From the NCBI GenBank assembly GCA_002633005.1, contig NMRA01000596.1, positions 1 to 61,830 of the forward strand: 61,830 bases of DNA, in the 5' to 3' direction. Positions 13,289-25,004 of the stretch are shown piece by piece. The notes under the pieces were generated by a model. The model was not told where the DNA came from, ran no database searches, and saw nothing but the letters and a program-made list of their open reading frames with translations. This DNA comes from Phoronis australis (Eukaryota; Animalia; Phoronida). Made by a program: the position numbers and the translations under genes. Each line of letters begins with the position of its first letter. The stretch's first letter is position 1.

Positions 13289-14838
13289 CAAACCGTGGAA
13301 AAGCGCAGTCGGTGTCATGATACCCAAACCAGATAAAGACCATACTAACCCGGCCAACTACCGCCCAATCAGTCTGCTATCATGCATTGGAAAAACGTTC
13401 GAACGAATCCTCACGAATAGAATAAACGCAGAACTGGATTCCAAAGGCTTCTTTAATAGTGGCAACGAGCCTATAGGAAAAACCGTGAAGGAGCCGAACA
13501 CATTCATCGACTGATAGCTCAAGGCAAAACGGCAATGGGCAAAAACTTTTGCACCGGGGCCATAATGTTGGACGTGGAAAAAGCCTTTGACTCTGTATGG
13601 CATGACGGAATGAGATACAAACTCTCCAATATAGGTCTATCTGACAAAATGGTTAGACTCCTTTCATCTTTCCTGAGAGACAGATGCATCTCAGTCAGAC
13701 AGGGAAAAACTGTCTCCCAACCGGTGAATCTGAGGGCCGGAACCCCCCAGGGGTCCGTAATAAGTCCGTTGCTAGTTTTGATCTATGTCAACAACCTACC
13801 AGTTCACCCAAGGGACAAAGTTCAGATATCCCAGCTCGCCGACGATCTCGGGTTCTGGACAAGTGAAAAACAAGAGACAGTTGTCCATGCACGCCTCCAG
13901 CGGGCACAATCAAACTGGAGGACTGGTGCTCCTTCTGGCTCATCAAACCCAATGCCGCAAAATCAAAGGTCATCCTGTTCCACCGCAAACGTAAACTGCG
14001 ACCGTTCGGTTTTTCACCATTTGGTGTCAGGCTCACACCAACAGCAGAGGCCATTCTGCTAGGGGTAACCCTTGATCAAAGACTGACGTTACAACCCCAC
14101 GTCGCACGCGTGCATGACCGTGCAAGAACCAGAGTCAAGCTTACATGTACATCTATGTATCGATTGAAGGGCACAGGGTTGGGCGCTAGGAGCGACTGCC
14201 TACTACTGCTCTACAAAATGTTCATCAGACCCCTATTCGAATATGACGTGATCGACATTTCAACCTGTACCCCTTCCACAATCGAGAGATTACAGACACT
14301 ACAAAACTGGGCGCTGAGAATTGCTCTCGGACAGTCCAGATATTGCCGAACTGACACACTACACGAGCTCGCCGGATTGCAGACTGTCTCCGACAGGCTG
14401 CAGTCACTCCGCGAAGCCACACTAAGCCGCATTGTCGTGACAACCGTGTACCGGAGCACTAATGGTTCGGGCCCTGTGCCACTGGTAACTGTTCCGAAGG
14501 GGCGTCGGGGCAGTATAAAGACAACGAAATAAAACTGTCCCGACGGGGCAGTATAAAGACAACCAATCCATAGCATGACAGCTGTTGCCAACAAGCCGGC
14601 TTCATGTGAATCAAACTGTAAGCTGTTGCCATCAAGCCAGCTTCACACCTACGATGTCAATAACGCTGTTGCCATCCAGCCAGCGTCTCGTCTACAAAAG
14701 AAGATCAAGCACACCACCTCTACCACCACCGGCCTACCAGGTCCTGCCATCGATCCACGTCCACACCAACCACAGCAAGGACAGAAGGCGAAATCCTCCG
14801 ATCTCGCGAAGCTAAGCCCTCATCTACTCTACTCTACT
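13289..14838 (+). mobile_element. 5'-truncated Jockey/I-like LINE with frameshifted RT and 12-bp TSD
   Basis: Motifs IPKPDKD..NYRPISLLSCIGKTFERI, LDVEKAFDSVWH, GTPQGSVISP, LADD; (CTACT)3 tail; TSD TGGCTAACAACT at 13277-13288 and 14839-14850. Confidence 0.92.
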
Positions 14839-15153
14839 TGGCTAACAACTGATCAAGACAACGTTTGTGACTTACACCTTCATTTTAAAAAGACAGAACT
14901 CGATATCCAAGTCAAAATATACCAAGCCCACAAGAAACGTCTTCGGGCACATACCCAAGTACAAATCCTGGACAGAGAGTTGAATGATATGAGGGTTCGT
15001 TACCTGAGGGCGATGGAGCGGTGTGACCAAGTTCGTAAAGATCAAATGCTGCGGCGGATCGTTACAACGGAAGGACTTCGCAACGCATTCTACAAATATG
15101 AGGAGAAACAAAAGAGTCTGGTTCTCAATCTATGTCAACAGGAGTTTGGTTAA
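14575..15153 (+). CDS. Chimeric 192-aa ORF: LINE 3' sequence in frame with subfamily B copy 1 (native body 14890-15153, ATG mutated to AAG)
   Basis: C-terminal TELDIQVKIYQAHKKRLRAHTQVQILDRELNDMRVRYLRA...EGLRNAFYKYEEKQ aligns with subfamily A; paralog B3 has ATG at 24764 where this copy has AAG at 14890. Expression unknown. Confidence 0.6.
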   Translation: MTAVANKPASCESNCKLLPSSQLHTYDVNNAVAIQPASRLQKKIKHTTSTTTGLPGPAIDPRPHQPQQGQKAKSSDLAKLSPHLLYSTWLTTDQDNVCDLHLHFKKTELDIQVKIYQAHKKRLRAHTQVQILDRELNDMRVRYLRAMERCDQVRKDQMLRRIVTTEGLRNAFYKYEEKQKSLVLNLCQQEFG

Positions 15154-15191
15154 GACAGGTCGGATGAATGCAGTGGAATCTTCAATTCGAC

Positions 15192-15246
15192 AATAAAAAC
15201 AACAGCCCTTTTAAGGGCTACTCACAGCTACTAAAAAGAGCTGCTC
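15192..15246 (+). terminator. Histone-type 3' stem-loop and HDE after B1, preceded by AATAAA
   Basis: AATAAA at 15192; AAC-AGCCCT-TTTA-AGGGCT-ACTCA (perfect stem 15204-15219); AAAAAGAGCTG at 15233-15243 contains the vertebrate HDE consensus AAAGAGCTG. Confidence 0.85.
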
Positions 15247-16913
15247 ACTTCATATTCCAGTGAATTATCTACTCCCTTTCGCGGAAACTGAAATATTCTA
15301 TTGTCTTCGTACTTCTGCCAGTCAAATTAATTAAGTTGTCTCTTAAAATTTGTTAATGAAGAACGACTTCATGAAAAGATATGAAGGCATAAAATATAAT
15401 CTAAGTTCGAACATGTTTAACCTTTTTTGATGAGAAATGGTACTTGCAAACTGGCCAGAATAATAGTATTCCAATTCCAGTCTAGCACAATCAATTAGTC
15501 TGATTTCAGTCACATTACCCCTCAGTACGAAACTCGTGAAACTACAAAAGCAATGCACTACAGGCGATGAAACTAAAATGAACGAAAATTTATACTTTGT
15601 TACTCATTAAGTATGGCTTGGAGAAATGAATATTGAAACATTTGTCTTTAAATAATTCAAGAGTGCAGTGATCGCTTTGATGACGTAGGAAATGGAACAC
15701 TGATAGCAGTACGAACTCAATTAATAGTCGGAAATTTTACAAAAATGTACTAAGACGTTTGCAAGTGTTTACTTTTTTCGATCGGTCACAATGCCCCTAG
15801 GTATAATATTATGTTGAACTATCAATTCTGTGTGTGAGTGAATAACAACTCTTTCACCATATTAACAATAGCGCAATTTTGCAGGGTGTACGTTACGAGG
15901 TAAATATTAGGATTCCACGATGATATTCATCACCGATTCAAATTTGTAAATACTAAACACATGTAGACCCGCTAAAACAAGGATTTTTTCACCCAAACAC
16001 AGTGTAATTTTTATATTGAAACGTGGAATCCACAGTGATTGTTTCAAAAGTTTAAAATCGTGATTTGATTGATGTTGTCATATATTTGATTAGCAAGCCC
16101 TTCCAGTTGCCGTAAGCAGCAATTCTGTAAGCGATGCAAGCGTAGTGTAATAACATAGCCGTTTACCTCCTTAGTGGAAAATGAGAACGTTTTGGTCTAA
16201 ATCATTGCTAAACACAGCAACACGGAAATAGAAGGTCAAACAACCAGTTTCCCCGAGGCTAACTTCTACATTCATTGCTCTCATTTTGTTAAGGCAATGA
16301 GCGACACAGCCCGTGTTAAATGGTGAATCTGTCACAGAGTTTTGCTCAAGGAAAAGTGTTGGAAAAAAAATTCATTGACTTCGTTGCCGAGGAAAGTAAA
16401 GAACTTCCCTTTTGTTTAATGAATTCGTGGAAAAACTCCTGGTCTTGTGGAATGATATTAAAGTGTCACGAATACTGAGATAACTATACTGGTCTAAGTT
16501 TCGATAAATTGTTTACTATTTCATGCAATGTAATTTACATTGCTGCAGGATCTCTTTTTGAAACGTAAACACAGTAAAACGGAGAAAAATGGACAGTTTC
16601 TCCAACCACTTTATCAGCGATTACTAGCGCTTCCATATTTAAGAAACTAAGGTCGTTGTCTGGTTGGGTGTAACAAAACCGTTCTCCCTCGGGTTAGGAT
16701 AGCAAAACACACAACTGTCTTTGTCACGTTTTCTGCATTCTGTTGCAAACGGTATGCCAAAATGACATGTTTTCAATCAATTCACATCAAGAGCCATAGA
16801 CACACACATTTTAATTGTGTGTTGTAATTTTGGTCCTTTTACTTGTATAAGGTAAGCTAACAAAAAGGGGACACAAAATCGGCACTTTATCTACAAAACC
16901 CCCACTTCCCTGT

Positions 16914-18352
16914 CGATGACACTGCAATATTCCACCCAATCTCAAAAGAGCATCCCCATGACTCCTTACAATTGCAAACTGACCTTAACAAACTCTATGA
17001 CTGGTCTCATAAATGGAAGATGAAATTTAAACCTGAAAAAAGTGTTGATCTTATATTTTCTAAGTCTAATAATACTCATTTCCAAACAAATCCAACACTG
17101 GAATTACATGTATCACTCAATGGGGAAGTTATCCCCAATAAGTTTACGCACAAACATGGTGGCTTGCTACTAGACCATAAGCTTACATTACTCCTCATTG
17201 TCGCGAACTCGTTCAAAAAGTAAAAAAATTAATTAATCCGATTAGAATTATCTCTCGTCATCTCAACTCCATGCATCTTGAAACTCTGTTCAAGTCTTTT
17301 GTACTTTCACATCTAGATTACTGTGACATAATCTACCAATCGGCAAACGCTGGCATACTTCTCCAATTAGAAAGACTACAATTCCAAGCAGCTTTAGCCA
17401 TAACCGGGGCATACAAAGGGTCCAACACAATCAAGGTTCTAAATAGTCTTCACTGGAGCAAACTAGCAACCCGTCGTAAACTCCACCTGTCCATGTATAC
17501 ATTCAAAGTCTTAACCAACATAAACAATTACTCTAACAAAATCCTCTTTGACTCCTACAAAAGACCAAGCACGAGACCAGGACTCAGGCAAAGCAATATA
17601 TATACTATTCCAGCCTCCATCAGCCAAGCCTTCAGAAGATCAACGATATTAACTTGTATTGACAACTGGAATTCCTTACCATTCAAAATAAAGGAAAGCA
17701 CTTCAATCGTCACTCTCAAAAATAACTTTCAAATGCATACCAATACTCCAGACTTGCCAGTCCCATTGACATCATTCCAACTTCCCCGAACCATGACATA
17801 ACCCTATAAAGATCAAGATGTGGTGTATTCCTAAACAACGAGAAATTTAGACATAATTCTAATAATATTTCGGCGCTGTGTTCCTGTGGAGATACCCAGA
17901 CATATCCTCTTGTTTTCTTTGCTTGTGAGGTATGCAAGGAGGAAAGGGTACAGCTCTTCCAGGCACTCGAACAATACCCCAATGTTTATAAAAAATACTC
18001 TGAAATTCCGCAATTGTACAACAAAATTAATTTCTTTCTTTATGGATGTCAAGAACTAAACTCAAACGAAAATGTGGTTTTATTTGAAATAGTATCAGAA
18101 TTTCTTCATAACATTAAATCTCTTTGTTTGAGTGGATAGAATTTTATACATCTGTATGAAAATGAATTATTTTCATTCTTTGTCATATATCATTGTATTC
18201 TTAACATCATTTTTTCATTTATATATTCGTATATAATCATTGTATATAGAGTTCTTTGTATTTTTTTACCCAGATCTAATGCCTCTTGGCGCTTTCTGGA
18301 TTATGTATATTCATTGTATTCTGAAGATTTCGTAATAAACATTTTTAAAAAA
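16914..18352 (+). mobile_element. 5'-truncated CR1/L2-group LINE inserted into block P
   Basis: Starts at DDTAIF...LQTDLNKLYDWSHKWKMKFKPEK; LDYCDIIY..LERLQFQAALAITG; C-terminal Cys motif; AATAAA and short A tail; flanks rejoin to match the empty site near 4090. Confidence 0.88.
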
Positions 18353-20601
18353 TGCACGACAAATGCCACTGTTAATTTTTAAAAACAAATGTCTCACAGA
18401 TTCAAAAAATGTGCCACAAAAGTGCTGTGAGCAAACTTAATTGATGCAAGTCTGGCTTGTTTACGGGCTATATGAAATCCCAGCCAATTTCTCAATCTCT
18501 ACCCAGCAGTGCAAATATGCAACGAGGGCCTACAGCTGCATGCATCCGAGCAAGTGATGTTTTTTTCATTCTCAACATGTTCACAAATACAAACAAACCG
18601 CGTTCACTGATCCTATATCTGCACTTGCAACACCTAAACAAAAACTGATCCCCATGCTTGGCCTATCCCTAGATTTTGATATTTTGGCACTGCAAATTGG
18701 CCGTGGCCGTAGACTAACAGTTCAGTGCTACCTCCCTGCGTTGTCCGATAACCAGGCAGAACAGATTGTGGTTCACTCACCAAACCGACGACAGGAAGAA
18801 AAAGGGGGAAATGGCTACGTTGATAAAGGATAAAATTTCAAAAATTCAATTTTAATGTATCGTTTTTCCCGTTCCCGTCACAAACATCGAGAGTAGCCGC
18901 GTAACTTGTGTGTTGCAGATTCTTTTACTTGCCAATTTGCTTGGCGGTGAAGTATTCCCGTGAATGTTAACTGTGTAGCTGTGAATTTGTGCAAGAGTAC
19001 AAATGGCGTTGCAAAAAATGACGTATTTGGCTTGAGGCACAATGTTATCGGTAACGTCATCCCAGGTTCATGCAAGGCCATTGTTTAACTGGCCGTTAGG
19101 GGGATAACAATGTGTTTGTAATAGGATCATATTCGGATGAGGTGTGGAGTGATGAATGGATTATGGTCCGTCGCGTAATTGGGGTTTTCTAAGAGCTTTT
19201 ATCTCAGTGGTAGGCAGGAAATAACTTTGGTGGCAATGAAGGGTGTGATTTTAATCCTCTGACTACTGTATGGCCTGTCAGAGCGTGTGAACGACTGGGA
19301 TCGATATACTCTAAACGACCACGTGGCTGATTTTTCGGCCCCATGGACCCTTGTTATTGTCAGAACTAATTTTATTTCTTGTACCTTTCAAAGAAAATAT
19401 CAGAGTTTAACGTTGCAACTGAATGACGTCATCAGTCAGCGTTGGATTGGCGGGCTCCAGAAATTAAGTTTCAACGCAAAATGTATATACAACCCAGATG
19501 ATCATTTATTTCTACATCTCCAACTATCTGAAGTGATTGTACATGTAGGTCTATCAAGGCTTGATCACTATTTTCCTCAAGCAATGCTATGTGAAGTTTT
19601 ATAAGTAAAACTTAAGAAAATTTGATCATTATTAAATTATATATCTGCGGGTTTATTTAAACCAAAATGAATTAAGATGTTTGAAATTTTTGTTTCTTTC
19701 GAAAAAATCCACTGTTTTATTAAGTTTGTCAATCTCTTAAAACGGATCGTTTACTGTTTTGTGATACATGTGTCAAACTTTTTCAACATATGCGGTGTAA
19801 AGAAGGTTGACACTAAGCCCACTTGACAAAAGTCCAGTGGAACACTATACTGAAGTTAAAAATGCATCCTAAAATGTAACCTGGGTGTTACAGTTTTTAA
19901 GAAAAAACGGAACAGCAAATTTCTCGTGGTAATAAAATGCGTTTGCAGCGCCATCTATAATCTCTAAAAGTAAACTTTTGGACTAATTAAATTTAACAAA
20001 GGTTGTTGTTTTTAACGACAACACGAAACGGCTTAGAGATACACGACAGCGTATATCGGATATCACCTCCATCAGTGAAAGGAAGTGTGGAATACTTTGA
20101 TTTTTGGCGTATTCCTGTCAAATGTTGAATGCAGCACAAAACTATTGGAACACTTGACGCTACTGTACTGAATCAAATACCTCGAGAAATATTCATGTCA
20201 AGTCTTGCATCACACGTGAGTGTAAAACAGGTTGATATTAATGCATTCATTTTGGAAAAATATGTGCAATCCCGTGGTTAAAAGGGCTATCAATTTCCTT
20301 CCATTCAAAGTAACACAGCCATGGATTTGAGCTTCATATGCACATAACGTGAATTATCCGAGGACACACCAAGCCAACAAAAGATATCTGCACTTGTTGT
20401 CACCGAGATAAGGAAAGTGTGAAATGCGCCATTTGTGAATATTTTATTTCGGTTCATCACTTTTTACTGTTAATCCAACGTCGGGGAAGCATCAATAAAC
20501 CTCGCGACGACATGGTGCTACTGAACACAGCTTGACTAACTGCGAATAACAACGCTGACTTCAGAATCAGACTACTCACATTTGAGTTCACAGTCACCAC
20601 G

Positions 20602-20678
20602 ATGAACGATTCTACGCTTGATGAACAACTTCACAACGCCCAGGCAACATGCTTGAAAGCAGCGGAGTAAGTCGAATT
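20602..20678 (+). pseudogene. Subfamily A copy 3, 3'-truncated
   Basis: MNDSTLDEQLHNAQATCLKAAE*VE, then homology stops; upstream blocks Q and R are intact. Confidence 0.85.
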
Positions 20679-20799
20679 CTGAGATACCGAAAGGGGTCTG
20701 AAAAGTGAAAATGCATTTATTTTGTATTAATAGATATCATATCACATCTAATTCAGATATGAACAATATGTTAATCTGTAATCAAAGAAAGCAGGTGGT

Positions 20800-21212
20800 G
20801 GTCTGCTCACTCAGCTTGTACGGAACCTGTTTGCCAGGTTGTTATAGCCCAGTTGGCTGTTTGGTGTACCCTCTTGGTATTTTATATTATACTTGTCCAT
20901 TTGGCAATTGGTACCAACTTGGTATTTGTCATTGAACTTGCCGTTTCGTTCGACCCACTTGGTAGGCAATTGACCAATACCCATTTGGTATTATGTACCC
21001 AATTGGTACTATACTAACTTGTGCCACTTAGTGTCCGACACTAAATTTCACATTGGGTATCGAAAATGCGTTTGTTATCTCTTGTAATTAAGGTACCAAT
21101 CTGGCTGGTACCTTCTGTGAAATAATTCTTTGTAGAGCTGTCACTCTGAAATTCCCAATACACCTTAAAATATTTAGTATTCTTGTGTTGTTTATTTGTC
21201 CTCAATAATGAA
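20800..21212 (-). mobile_element. Partial inverted copy of the long-TIR element at 36381-37023
   Basis: Reverse complement matches ~36381-36770 (ACCAAATGGGTA repeats plus one TIR). Confidence 0.8.
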
Positions 21213-21369
21213 GTCTTACTTGTTTTTAAGCATGTAAAATAACGCAGAGTGTGACTTTTACGTTCTTCAAATCTATTGATGCAGTATCGCTGGACATTTT
21301 ACTAGTGCGAACACAATCATCAATAATACACTATTGGTTTATTCATATCGGCACCAAATTGTACTTTAG

Positions 21370-22204
21370 AGTGGATTGGTTGACTGAGGTACTGACGCCA
21401 AAAACATACTCGAAAACAACAAAAATACCTTGAATAAACCCGAAAATGAAGGACTGGCGTCATCTCACTAATAGATGTCTACATGTAGGTGCCAAATTTT
21501 ATGGAAATCCGTTGAGAAACATTTGAAGTAAACGTAAAAACTATAATTGCCACTAGGGGGCACACCGGTAGACCGATGTGTCCGAAAGTCGCAGTCATCC
21601 GTTGTCAACTTCACATAAATACATTTGCTAAAATTTAATAAATATCCTGTAGAGCGTTTAGGAGATACAGCCATGGGCGCAAAAACAAACAAAACTGCCA
21701 CTAGGAGGCGCCACAGTAGGCAAAGTCATCGGAAAATCATCGTCAACTGTCTTCTTTATAGTAAGAACTTGCATGCTAATTTTCACAATCATCCATACAG
21801 TGCTTTGGCTGTTACAGGGGTGGACGCCAAAAACAGGAGTCGAAAATAGTAACAATTGGCCACTAGATGGCGCAAAATGCCTCAGATCCATTCGAAAACT
21901 TAAGGATAGCGGCAACTCATTTTGCTTATATGCAAAATTTCATGAAAATCGGTTTAGGATCTTTGAAGATACAGAGGTAAGCGTAAAAATCTAAAATTGT
22001 CACTATGAGGCTCAGCGGTATTCGGGTCGGTCCAAAACTCGTCGCCCTCTGTGTTCAACCCAATAGAAACACACCTGCCAAATTTTAATAAGATCCTGCA
22101 AGTGGTTTAGGAGATACAGCCGCGGACGCCGGACGCCAGACGACCGGACGCCCGTACAGAGAGGACGGCAATATTCGACCACATATAAAAATGTGGGTGC
22201 ATAA
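21370..22204 (+). mobile_element. Helentron-associated (DINE-1/HINE-like) non-autonomous element
   Basis: About four ~150-bp internal repeats with ATTGCCACTAGGGGGC-like cores; GGACGCC/GACGGAC microsatellite at 22124-22170; 3' hairpin CCACAT-ATAAAA-ATGTGG followed by GCATAAA. Confidence 0.6.
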
Positions 22205-22424
22205 ATATGCCAGGCTTACAAGAAAAGTTTTCCTGTCCGTTCACAAGTGCAACTCTTGGACAGAGACTTATGAAGATTCCTTACCTGAAGGCGGTGAAGA
22301 GATGTGACAATGTTTGCAAAGAGCGGGGATTCGTTATAACTCAAGCACTTCCCAACGCCTTCCATAAATATGAACAAAAACAAAACGCCTGGTACCCAGT
22401 CTACGTCAACAGGCGTTTTAGTTA
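22203..22424 (+). pseudogene. Subfamily B copy 2, 5'-deleted and frameshifted
   Basis: Aligns to B1 from AAATAT.CCA.GC onward (…PYLKAVKRCDNVCK…ALPNAFHKYEQKQ); degenerate stem-loop AGACAT-TTCA-AGGGAT-AACCA at 22470-22490. Confidence 0.8.
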
Positions 22425-22701
22425 TGACGGGTTGACGTAATTTGCTGAATCGTCCAGGACAAAAACAACAGACATTTCAAGGGATAACCACAACTACATG
22501 TACCAAAACTAGACGCACACTTTATATTCAGATTGTTTATCAAATAATTCTACACGAAAACTGAAAACATGTACATGTATGGTCTTAAAACTTCTTGTTG
22601 TCAAATTAATTAAGAGTGCAGTACAGTTCAGACCAGGAAAAAATCCATACAGGGGTGATACACCCTACTGTGAACACGGCATCCACTTTGATCTCGGCAC
22701 C

Positions 22702-22973
22702 ATGGATTATCCTAAGCTTGATGAACAATTTCACAACGCCCAGGCAAAAATGCTTAAAAGCAACTGAGCAAGTCCAAATATTGGACCGAAATCTGCGAGA
22801 GACGGACATGCGCTACGAGTGGGCTCAGAAAAGTTGGAAACGCAGTTCGCCGGAAACAGCTTCACTGGCGCATGATGATCGAGCATGTTTAGTTTCCACT
22901 ACTTTATATGAAAATCCCACCTGTCTCTACCCTACTTCGTCTTTAGGGTTTGAGAGGCCGCTTGTTTGACTGA
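22702..22973 (+). pseudogene. Subfamily A copy 4, frameshifted
   Basis: MDYPKLDEQFHNAQAK, +1 shift, then CLKATEQVQILDRNLRETDMRYEWAQK; degenerate stem-loop AGCCCT-TTTA-ATGGTT-ACCCA at 23009-23029 and CTAAAGGAACTG downstream. Confidence 0.85.
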
Positions 22974-24763
22974 GTACATCAGATGTATATGTATACCACA
23001 CAAACTACAGCCCTTTTAATGGTTACCCAAATGCTCCTAAAGGAACTGTTGACATTATACATTGTACCTGTTGTCGGTGTCTCTGGAAAACTGCCAACTC
23101 TCTTTTGACTTCAAACTGCGTAGTGATGAATCACAACTCTGTTTTTAGATTTTGCCGACTGTAAGATAAAGGCAAAATACGTTAAAGTTAAAATGAAAAA
23201 GAAAGTTGAACACTGACTGTAGTTATATAGTATGTCATGCATTCCTTTATTCTTTATTGAACACACATCAAATGCATGAATTTGTTTATTTTTCAAAGAT
23301 AACTAATAAAAAGTGGCTCAGGCATATTCAAATTCCTATCTGATGCTACATGTACTGTACGTGTGTACATATGTTTACCGGTGATCACGAAAATTACATG
23401 CCGACAGTGGAGTTTTTAGAGAATAAACATTTTTCTCAATATTGTACGATGATGAACAACTAGTCTCAGTTATAGCAGAGTGTGTCCTGAGCACACTTTC
23501 ACGTAGAGAATACATCCGCCGGGGAAGTTCAGCGTATCACGTTGGCGTGAAATTTCTTTGCACGTGCTGCAAGTCCTTGCAAAAGCTAGAATGTGAAGAC
23601 GCACAATTGCAAATATCAAATACAGGTGAAAAAAACAAGGTTAGTGGGTGAACGCTATTATTGACTGCCTATATTAACGTTAAGGGCCGTTGTTACATTG
23701 TATAACAGACATGGGGCCTTTACATTCAAAAGTACGATTTTCAGTATTCATTAATCCTATTCATTTATCATTGATAATGATTATCACGAATAGAATTAAG
23801 GAGACAGAAAAACGAGGACATACATGTATGTGACTCGAGGGACTTGTTAGGGAGAATATAATTTTACCTGTCACAACAGAACTTTTAAAGGTATTTTCGA
23901 TTAATAGCACTAAATGTCACATATTGCTTGCCCGGGCGTCAACAGTGACGCCCTGTTGTAATTAGAATATAACGATTAAATGAATACCAAACGTAAGGAT
24001 TTGTGGAGATGTTAACAAGTAACGCCACGACACCACTTTGACCGAAAATTGTAATTTTGTGAGTATAAATTGCAACTAGATAATTGCGACTTCATCTTTA
24101 TAGACACTATTTATGGATCTCTTCAGTTAATAATATGCGTGATCAGCTAATCTAATGCTGCCATATTCACTAGAACTGGACAACGCATTTTAGAAATATT
24201 CTTTGAAATCCTGTCATTGAGTGTCGTTTTCATGAATTGCATCTAAACAGTATGAACGCAGGTCTGTTACAAAACATTGCTACATGTGTTTTAGTGATGT
24301 GTGTCCATTGATGGACTTCTTTATTTGTTTTTAACACATTGCTTATAAATCTCTCCAGACCAATCTATGAAGTATCCCTGGATATTTTGCGCAAGCGAAA
24401 GCATACCTTGTGTATATTACTGTATTCTCAACAACACATGATTGGTTCATTTATTTTGGCATCAAACTGTACTTTAACCTGTCTCGGGTTACCTACTTTT
24501 GGTTTTACACAGTTTATAATGATCGACATTCTGTACAGAATTTACAGAAATCAGGTGTATACTTATGCCGCTTACACAATGGCTGGTTAAACTACATCTC
24601 GTATTTACTACTCAACATACAGTACATGTAATCCTTAATTAACTGGCCCTCCACATTCTTTGGATACAGTGGCAATGTGACACGTGTCTCCAATATCAAC
24701 CATTACTGGGGGCAAACAGCCAGTCTTGGATAACAACTGGTCGAGGCTCATGTTATTTTCAGA

Positions 24764-25004
24764 ATGACGGAATACGAGATCCAAGTTAAAGTATATATGT
24801 ACCAAGCTCACAAGAAAAGTCTTCTTGCGCATACACAAGGATAAGAATCGTTACTTGAGGGCGGTGAAGAGATGTAATCCAGTTGGCAAAGATCAAATAT
24901 AGCTTCGGATACTTATAACTCACGGACTTTGCAACATGTTCCACAAATTTGAACAAAAACAAAAGTGCCTGGTACTCAATATACGTCAACAGGAGTTAGG
25001 TTAA
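24764..25004 (+). pseudogene. Subfamily B copy 3, internal deletions
   Basis: MTEYEIQVKVYMYQAHKKSLLAHTQ...RYLRAVKRC...; AATAAA at 25042; degenerate stem-loop AGACCT-TTTA-AAGGCT-TCCCA at 25057-25077; CCAAAGAGAACTG downstream. Confidence 0.8.

Noticed and set aside
6489-25004. Small genes as histones or histone variants
   Set aside because: No H2A, H2B, H3, H4 or H1 signature and no Lys/Ala/Gly-rich tail; only the 3' RNA signal is histone-like.
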